DNA of 64,000 bases from Rhizophagus irregularis (taxonomy: Eukaryota): positions 2,294,001-2,358,000 of the forward strand of contig NC_089432.1 in the NCBI RefSeq assembly GCF_026210795.1. Direction: 5' to 3'. The position numbers and the translations under genes were made by a program. The notes below the pieces were generated by a model. The model saw nothing but the letters and a program-made list of their open reading frames with translations, had not been told where the DNA came from and did no database searches. Shown here piece after piece: positions 56,046-64,000 of this stretch (its first letter is position 1; each line of letters opens with the position of its first letter).

Positions 56046-56882
56046 AAAAATCAAACTCTTATTCAACGAGAATTGTTCTGTCAACCACTGTTCCCGGACG
56101 ACAATTGCCCAATTTATAGTGCCTCTTTTGCAATATAATACTATATATTAAGGGATTAGTAAATTTAGAAATTGTAAAATAATAATGGTAACAACATGAC
56201 ATTAAAAAACTTACAATGTTAGTGTAGGTCCCGAATTTCTGTACACACTAGCAAAGACTTCTTTAAGTGCTTTTACTTCATAAGTTTTTACATGTAGAAA
56301 TTGAGTTTCACCAACTCCATCACGATAAAACAAAATTTTTCTCAGTAAAACTTGATTTCTTTAATAAAAAACACGAAGTAAATTGATTACTATTCCTTTG
56401 AGATCTTTAATAATTTCATTTCAAGGATCTTTATTAACACTAAATCTTCCGTATTTGGTAGCTTTTGAATCCAATGAGGCACATACAGCTGCAATACTTG
56501 GCCTATTATCACCTCTTCCGGAATGGAAAACATCAGCGCTAAATATCATTGTCGGTTCTGAAAATACAAAATCAATTTGATCGTTGGGTAATATTATGTT
56601 TGTCCACCTAATTTTACATTCACTTTCAAAAAGATGTTTGAACAAATTTGGTCAATTCCATTTTTTCTCGCTAATCGTTTGAGTAAAATACATTGAGTTA
56701 GAACACCCAATTGCATGTCCCCAATCCTTTTAATTTCTCCATATATTGGACCCGTTGATCCATATAATGATATGTAGAGGATAATTTTTGTTAAACAAAG
56801 ATTTGTGACAAGCAATATTCAACGCCGTAGTAATTTCGCCTTGAGGATTCGCATACATGACGTAAGGATCATTTGGGATGTC
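56046..56882 (-). pseudogene. Argonaute MID-PIWI domain fragment with frameshifts and stops
   Basis: YANPQG, YGEIKRIGDMQLGVLTQC, NVKLGG, PTMIFSADVFH, PSIAAVCASLD, YRDGVGETQF, GNCRPGTVVD. Confidence 0.85.
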
Positions 56883-57299
56883 TAAAGACTCAGTCTTCTA
56901 AAAAAATAAAAAATAAAAACGTTAGTATACGTTACGTTAAAGAAATATATAGAAACATAAACATTGTCCGATTTCTCACCAAAATCCCACGCGTTTGAAG
57001 GGTGAAACGAAGACAAAACCTAAAAAAGAAAGTTTAATAGTTTAGTACCAAAGATGACAAAAAAAACCAACAAATAATAGAAAAAATCTACCTTAATTTC
57101 CACAAAAGAGACATTGAAACATAAAAAAGGAAATACTGAAACCTAAAAAGAAAGATAATACTGAAGGGGTCACTGAAACCTAAAAAGAAGCCAAATCTAC
57201 AAAAAAAAGAAAATCAAAAATTAATGACGAATATGAAGAAATAAAATGGCAAATCTAAAAGAAAAAAATGAACCTTTAATAGAGTTCGTTAAAATAAAG

Positions 57300-58156
57300 C
57301 AGTGTTCGGAAATGACCTGGTCATTTGACCATTTTTCGGATTAGGAGTCATTTGGTCAAATGACACCCCATCATTTGGCATTTGGCATTTGAATTATTCG
57401 CGAAATGACAAATGCCAAATGATTGGGTATCATTTGACTATCATTTGCGTCCTTTGTCATTTGGTCATTTGTCATTAAAATATTTAAAGATTATTGGACA
57501 ATTTATAATCATGTGATGTACAAAAAAGGAAGGACGTAATCGAAATAATCACAAACAGAATCAATTTCACCAAATTATTTATTTTTTACTGTAATCTGAA
57601 AATAATAAATAACACAACCATAATTATTAAAGTGATAATATCTGATATGTTATTTATTATATATAATTTTATTATATAATTATATGTATAAATAAATATT
57701 ATGGCCATCTTATGATTAAATAAAGACAACAATTATATATAAAAATGGTGAAAAATGGGATCCACTACATGTGTTACAATTAAATATTTTATTGCAAAAT
57801 CAATTAACTTTTATCTGTGTGGATAAAATGATCATTAGTGAAATAATTATAAGTGAAATGATCCTGTCTATAATAATATTATTAACAAATAATAACCTGT
57901 AAAATAATAACAAAATCATGTGATTAAAAAATCTTTACTACTATTGGAACTTTTTTGATTATATATATTAAACCAATTTTGTTTTAATATTTTTGTTTTC
58001 TTAATTAAAATAAACAAAATAATTAATAAAAATTCTCAGAATATTTAATATTTTTCAAATGACTTAAATGACAGGTCATTTGAGTTGCAAATGACAAATG
58101 ACAAATGACTTGTCATTTGAGTCATTTGTTCATTTCAAGTCATTTGCCGAACACTG
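57300..58156. mobile_element. hAT-like non-autonomous element with subterminal repeats
   Basis: TIR cagtgttcggaaatgac ... gtcatttgccgaacactg; many atgac/gtcattt words; no matching TSD. Confidence 0.7.
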
Positions 58157-60891
58157 AATCGTATAAATTTCGTGATAAAATCAGTGATCAAATCATGTAA
58201 ATTCCATATAAATCCCATGCAAATTCCGTATCCAAACCATATTTTTAGTGATACGGAATTGTGCATTTTTCCGTATCCTATTATGATACGTTATTTCTAA
58301 GGAAAAAAAATCATATAAAAACTTTATAAAAATCGTATCCAATTTTTTTATAGGGCAACAAATTTGATGAAGGAAAAACAAAGTGTAAAGATTGTGAAAA
58401 TGATGAAAATGAAATTGATATCAAGGTCAAAAGATTAAAACAAATATGTAATGATACCAATACAGAAATAACTGAAAGAGAATTATTAAGGTTAATCAGT
58501 ATGGGATATACTGATGGAGAAATACTGGATCAAGAATTCATTGAAACATTCCAGGAAAATAAAAATGATTTGGAGAAAATTTGAAATGGATATTGGATAA
58601 ATTTCTAAAACAACAAACAGGAATTGAGGATAGTGAAAGTAGTGGAAACAAATCTGATGATAAAGAATCAGATGGATCTAAAAAAGATGGAGAACTTTTA
58701 AGTCCAAATAATAGTGATAATAATGAAAATTTTGAAGAACCTTATGAAGAAAACATTATAAATAGACCTGACTTTGACTCAAGTGAAAGTTCAGAAACAA
58801 ATTCTGAAGATAAAAGTGAAATATCTGATTATAATATAGAAAATTTATTTGAAACACCTTTAATACCAATACCACCGATAGTACCAATAGTACCAATAAA
58901 TATGGGAGCAACAAGAGCCAAAGTTAGGAAAGATTTTAGGGCAGCTTTATTAGCAGTAACAGGACATGACATAGGAGGCAATTGGGCTGGATTAGTCGCA
59001 GCCAATCCATTAGCAGATGCAATCGAGGATGCAGGTAATGTAGCTGGAGGAATAATTAGTATGCCACAATTTTATGGAAAGGAAGAAGAAGACATTAATG
59101 ATTGGGTAAGACAATTTGAAACAGCATTTACTGCCATAGGAAAAGCAGCAGGAGTTAATGGAGTAAGACAAGCAGCAATGGCAGCTACCTGTTTGAAAGG
59201 TGCAGCAGCACAATGGTATAATGAAAAGAAAGAAACAAATAATGGAAACTTAGTAAATTGGCAAGATAATGATAATGATAATGATTTAAAACATAGAATT
59301 AAACAAAGATTTACCAGAGAGGATGTTAGAAAAAGAAAAATGTTAGAATTAAGGAAAATAACATAAGGAATAAACAAGAATGTTGAAGCATATACGACAA
59401 GGTTCAGACAAATACTAAGGATAGCTACCAGAGGTCATGCATTGGATGATGATTTACAAGTAGATAATTACATTGAAGGATTAACACCAGTGTTAGGGTA
59501 TCAAGTCAGAAGACAAAACCCAGCAAATTTAAATGATGCAGTGAATATGGCAAGGAGAGAAGAGGAAGCTACTAATGAATTGATGAGAAAAACACTTAAT
59601 ATACCAGTTAATACCCAAAGAAAAGGAATTGATATACAGGATGATAAACCAAAGAATATATTTGAAAAACCATTGGAGAAAAATTATGAGGATGACCTCA
59701 CTGAAATGTTTAAAAAATTAAAAGTAAAATTGACAAACCAACTTGGAGGACAAAGAAGACCACCAAACAATAACAATAGACAAGGACAACTACATCGAGT
59801 ATGTTATAAATGTCAACAATCAGGACATTATGCAAGGGAATGTAGAGTGAATAATGGGCAAGAAAACTATAGAAGACCAAACAATCAAAATTATAATAAA
59901 GGACCAAATAACTATAATGGAAGACCAAATAATTATAACAGACCACCAAATTACCAAAATAACAATAGAGGATTTAACGCAATGGAATATTATAACGATT
60001 ATAGCGATCAATATGATTATGATAATCAAAATTATCAGGATAATAAAGCATCATTTTATGATCAAGGATATGATTATGATGACCCATACTACCAAGATAA
60101 TAATATAGCATTCAACCATTTTGAACAAGATTTCTATAATAATGGAAGACAGACAAGGAGTAACATAAAAAACAGGTCAAGCGATCGAGATATAGATATG
60201 GAAATTGAGCAAGAACAAGCACGCAGAAGAGACAATAAATACGCAAGTCAACAGGAAAAGGCAGCAGCACTACCAAAAAGAGGGTTCACTGAGAACAGTT
60301 TAAGAAAAGCACAAGAAGCAAGAAGAAATAATAATACATGTGGAAACTGTGGACAAAGGGGTCACTATGCAACAGAATGTTAAAATGAACGTGTTGAAGG
60401 TATCCATAGAATAAGCGCATTTCAAAGAAATATACCAAAATATAATGTACTAGAGGATATGAAAAGTATCAAAGCAAATGCAACTTTTTCACAAATTATA
60501 GATATGAGCCCAGAGCAAAGAAAAATATATTATGAAGGAATGAGAAGATATCCACAAGCAGATTAACTACAGGAATCATTAAATAACGTTGAATCAGAAT
60601 ACTTAACAGCATTAAGGGGTAAATTAATGATAAACCAAGAACCAAAGGATGTAATGTTCGATACAGGGGCAGCAGTAATAAATGTAATAACTAGTCAAAT
60701 AATGGATGAAATGGATTTAAAAATTGAGGAACCAAGTACAGTAAGATGTGTAATGATAAATGAGGATAAATTAGCATCAAGGGGTACCACAACAATATAC
60801 ATACAATTTGGGAATAAGGAAATACCAATCAAAGTTGAGGTTATTGATTCAGAAAAGAATGAAATTGTGTTAGGAAATGGAGTATTAGATA

Positions 60892-61027
60892 CCGTACCAT
60901 TCCGAAATTAAACAACCATTTTTTGAACTTAACTCCGGCCAACGTAGTCATAATTCTGGTCAAAATCGCGATAATGCAGGCCAGGGTTGCTTATTTTCGG
61001 GGGTTGTTTAATTTTGGAATGGTACGG
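60892..61027. mobile_element. Tc1/pogo-like MITE (TA TSD) in the gypsy protease
   Basis: ta|ccgtaccattccgaaattaaacaacc ... ggttgtttaattttggaatggtacgg|ta. Confidence 0.85.
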
Positions 61028-61033
61028 TATGTT

Positions 61034-61267
61034 AGGATCCAGAAATATATATAAAAGGGTCAGGTTTGAGTTTGCGTATTTTGAACTAAAAAAATCATGA
61101 AAATCTTTCCTTTTTTAGATAATTTTTGATAATGCCAGTCATAATTTTATTTCCTATTATAGTAACTGACTGGCATTATCATAATTCCGGCCCTGAAAAA
61201 ATGCGTACAGCTCATAGTAAAAAAATTTTTTCATCACCTGACCCCTATATATATATTTCTGGGTCCT
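61034..61267. mobile_element. MITE with 8-bp TSD (GATATGTT) in the gypsy protease
   Basis: TIR aggatccagaaatatata ... tatatatttctgggtcct; removing both MITEs restores ...NGVLDMFKANIDY. Confidence 0.85.
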
Positions 61268-62677
61268 GATATGTTCAAGGCAAACATAGATTATACAGAT
61301 AGAACATTAATACTTAAAATGGATGATAAAACCATGGATATACCAGTAAAATATACACAAAGGACCATTAAAGGATTTGAAGAAACATTCGATGAAGAAG
61401 AGATACTGGAAGAGTTATATCAGGATGAATTATACAACATATATGAAGATGACCATGAAAATTATGAAGATGAAAATTTTAAAGTATAAGTCTTGGTTAG
61501 AATGATACTGAAGAGACAATAAAGAAGCATAAAAGTGACTACGAAAAATTTACTGAAAAATTTAAAGTTGGGGACATAACCAATGAACAAAAGGGTAAAT
61601 TAAAGGTATTAGTAGAAAAATATAAAGATATATTTGAGTATGATGGTGAAAAATTTAACAGGACAAAATTGGTAAAACATGAGATAAGGTTAAAAGAGGG
61701 TACTGAACCAATAGCTCAGAAAAGGTACAAAGAAAATAATGAAAAAGGTAAATTTATTAGAAAAGAAATGGACGAAATGTTAAAATTGGGAAAAATTAGA
61801 GAATCCAGAAGCCCATGGTTTTCACCAGTAACTTTAGCAGGAAAAAAGTCTGGGAATTATAGATTTTGTATCAATTATAGAAAATTAAATAAGGTTACAA
61901 TAACAGATGCATACCCATTACCAAGAATCGATGAACAATTAGAAAGGATAAGCTCAGGAAAATGGTTTACAAGTTTAGATTTAGCATCAGGGTTTAACCA
62001 GATAGAAATGGCTGAGGAGGATATTGAGAAAACAGCTTTTATTTGTTCGGCAGGATTGTATGAATATAATGTCATGCCATTTGGATTGACAAATGCACCT
62101 GCAAGCTTTCAAAGATTAATGGATAAAGTACTGAAGGAATACCTGAATGATTTTGTGATAGTATATATTGATGATATAATGATATATTCAGAAAATTTTG
62201 AAGACCATCTGAAACACATAAAGTTAGTGTTGGAAAAATTAAAGGAAGTAAGCTTAATATTAAAATTAAAGAAATGTATATTCGGAAAAACAGAAATAGA
62301 ATTTTTAGGATATGTAGTTGGTAAAAATGGATTAAAACCGAGTCCAGGAAAGGTTGAAAAGATACAAAAATTAACAGCACCAACAAATATAAAAGGTGTA
62401 AGGTCAATATTAGGATTATGTACGTATTATAGAAAATTTATTAAAGATTTTTCAAAAATAGTAAAACCAATAACATCTTTATTGAGAAAAGATGAAAAAT
62501 TTGAATGGGGTATCAAACAACATGAAGCATTGGAAATATTAAAAAGGAAATTAACTGAAGAACCAGTGTTAAGACAACCAAATTGGCTAAGGAAATTCAT
62601 ATTGATTACAGATGCTTCAGGAATAGGATTAGGGGCAGTACTAGCTCAAAAAAATGATAAAGGTCGAGAATATGTAA

Positions 62678-64000
62678 GGGCTGTGACATATATTACCTCA
62701 TATCATTTTATTATAGGTGTGTACAGGTAAGATATCTGATCACGTGAATGTCAATCATTTTCCTTTTATAGATCTAGAATTATAAAAAGGGCTGAAATTT
62801 TTTTTTTAAAAAAAAAAATGTTCGAATTTTGTTTTTTTTTTCATCGGCTTATTAGCACTCACTCCAAACAAAATACACTAAATAAAAATGATAGATAAAA
62901 AATTTCATTGTATAGTAGTTTATTTTGTATTCAAAGATATATTTATTGATTCTCGAGCATTAAAAAATTCCATCCAAAAAAATTATGCCAACATTTTTAA
63001 TATGACGATCATGCATATTGCTGCGTATTGCTGCGGGGAGGGAAGATATCTCGCTAGTTGCTACAAAAAAGAAATTTGAATTGCTGCGGAGTTCATGACA
63101 CATTCAACTTTCAAGATTTGATTTTAAAAACTTTTAATATAACAAACGCATCAATAATTTTATTTCCAGTGCTAAAATGAGTCATCAAACCTTCTTTCTT
63201 AGCCCTAAATTTAATAAGAAATCAATCTTTCATTCACCAACAAATAAGTCCCAAGAGTTTGTTAACGCTTATGTATATAGTATTATGGTTAAGAATGGGA
63301 ACGGAATTCCCAACCGTGCTGATATTTGTAGTGAAGCAGCAAAAGAGTGGAACAAAATTAAAATCAAGAGTAGACTGGAAATTGATGACATGATTAGAAT
63401 TATCTGGCCACGCCACATAATCTATGTAATATGCAAACAATAAGGCCATTACCTTCTGCACCTAGAGAAGATTCACATCCTCCTCTTCCTACTCTTCCTG
63501 CAATTCGTTCAGCAGATCCTATACTGGAAATTTCTGTCAATGCATCAGCACAAAGAAAAGTGGTAAATGAGATAAAAATAGCCGAAAAAAAGATTAGTGA
63601 ATTCGAGCAGATCTACAATATTTCAACAGATTATCAATTTCGACATGATACATACTTGAAAATAGGAAGTCATCAAGCTGAAATTGAATCTAACAGGAAA
63701 AGAATTATTAAATTAAAAAGGAATGCTGATTATGCTCAAAAATGCAAAGAAAAAAAAAGAAAAATACTTCACGAAGACCAGATGGTAATACTATATGATA
63801 AGCCTGGTCGGCCCCCATTTCTTTTTGAACATCCGAATTTGCATGATCATATCCACGATTTGATCGAGTTTGGAGCAGCTGATAAAAAACGACGAAAGGA
63901 AGTGATTAAAGTGTGAACTATCGAACATTTGCGCAAAAATCTTGAAGAAAATTATGATGTTTATATGGCGAGAACAATATTGAACAATTACCTGCTGCCT
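62678..64000 (+). mobile_element. DNA transposon (probably Zator-like) inserted in gypsy RNase H; degenerate transposase 5' part at 63177..64000
   Basis: RNase H homology stops at REYV; junction TAA|GGGCTGTGAC fits TWA TSD and GG terminus; KPGRPP..GAADKKRRKEVIKV*TIEHL..YLLP; runs off the window. Superfamily assigned from memory. Confidence 0.6.

Larger units (their letters stand above)
58356..62677 (+). mobile_element. Degenerate Ty3/gypsy retrotransposon internal region (gag, aspartic protease, RT, start of RNase H)
   Basis: Gag 'FYGKEEEDINDWVRQFE', two CCHC knuckles, FDTGA, RT (YRKLNK..DAYPLPRID, MPFGLTNAPASFQ, YIDD), TDASGIGLGAVL; stops and frameshifts; no LTR identified. Confidence 0.92.

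Noticed and set aside
59010..62407. Minus-strand and alternate-frame ORFs over gag/pol
   Set aside because: Shadows of the retrotransposon coding strand

Overview
Very AT-rich, intron-containing eukaryotic DNA that reads like an arbuscular mycorrhizal fungus (Glomeromycota, Rhizophagus-like; inferred from gene families and a CLE-peptide gene). It holds six 5-exon TKL-type kinase genes/pseudogenes (five with C-terminal Sel1-like repeats): two convergent paralog pairs, one predicted HRN pseudokinase and two pseudogenes. It also holds an intact animal-type ER-membrane UDP-glycosyltransferase. Divergent from that gene is a ~3.4-kb block bracketed by a 32-bp direct repeat with two tiny secreted-peptide genes. 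One (38486..38659, missed by the ORF track) encodes a plant CLE-hormone mimic (RTVPSGPNPLHN, RiCLE1-like). The other (40210..40392) is an uncharacterised precursor with the same signal-peptide/Kex2 layout. The right third is a transposon nest: an Argonaute MID-PIWI fragment inside a micro-exon ladder and split by a 6.2-kb long-TIR element, then a decayed Ty3/gypsy element hit by MITEs and a Zator-like transposon. All calls are by eye; no database searches were run.
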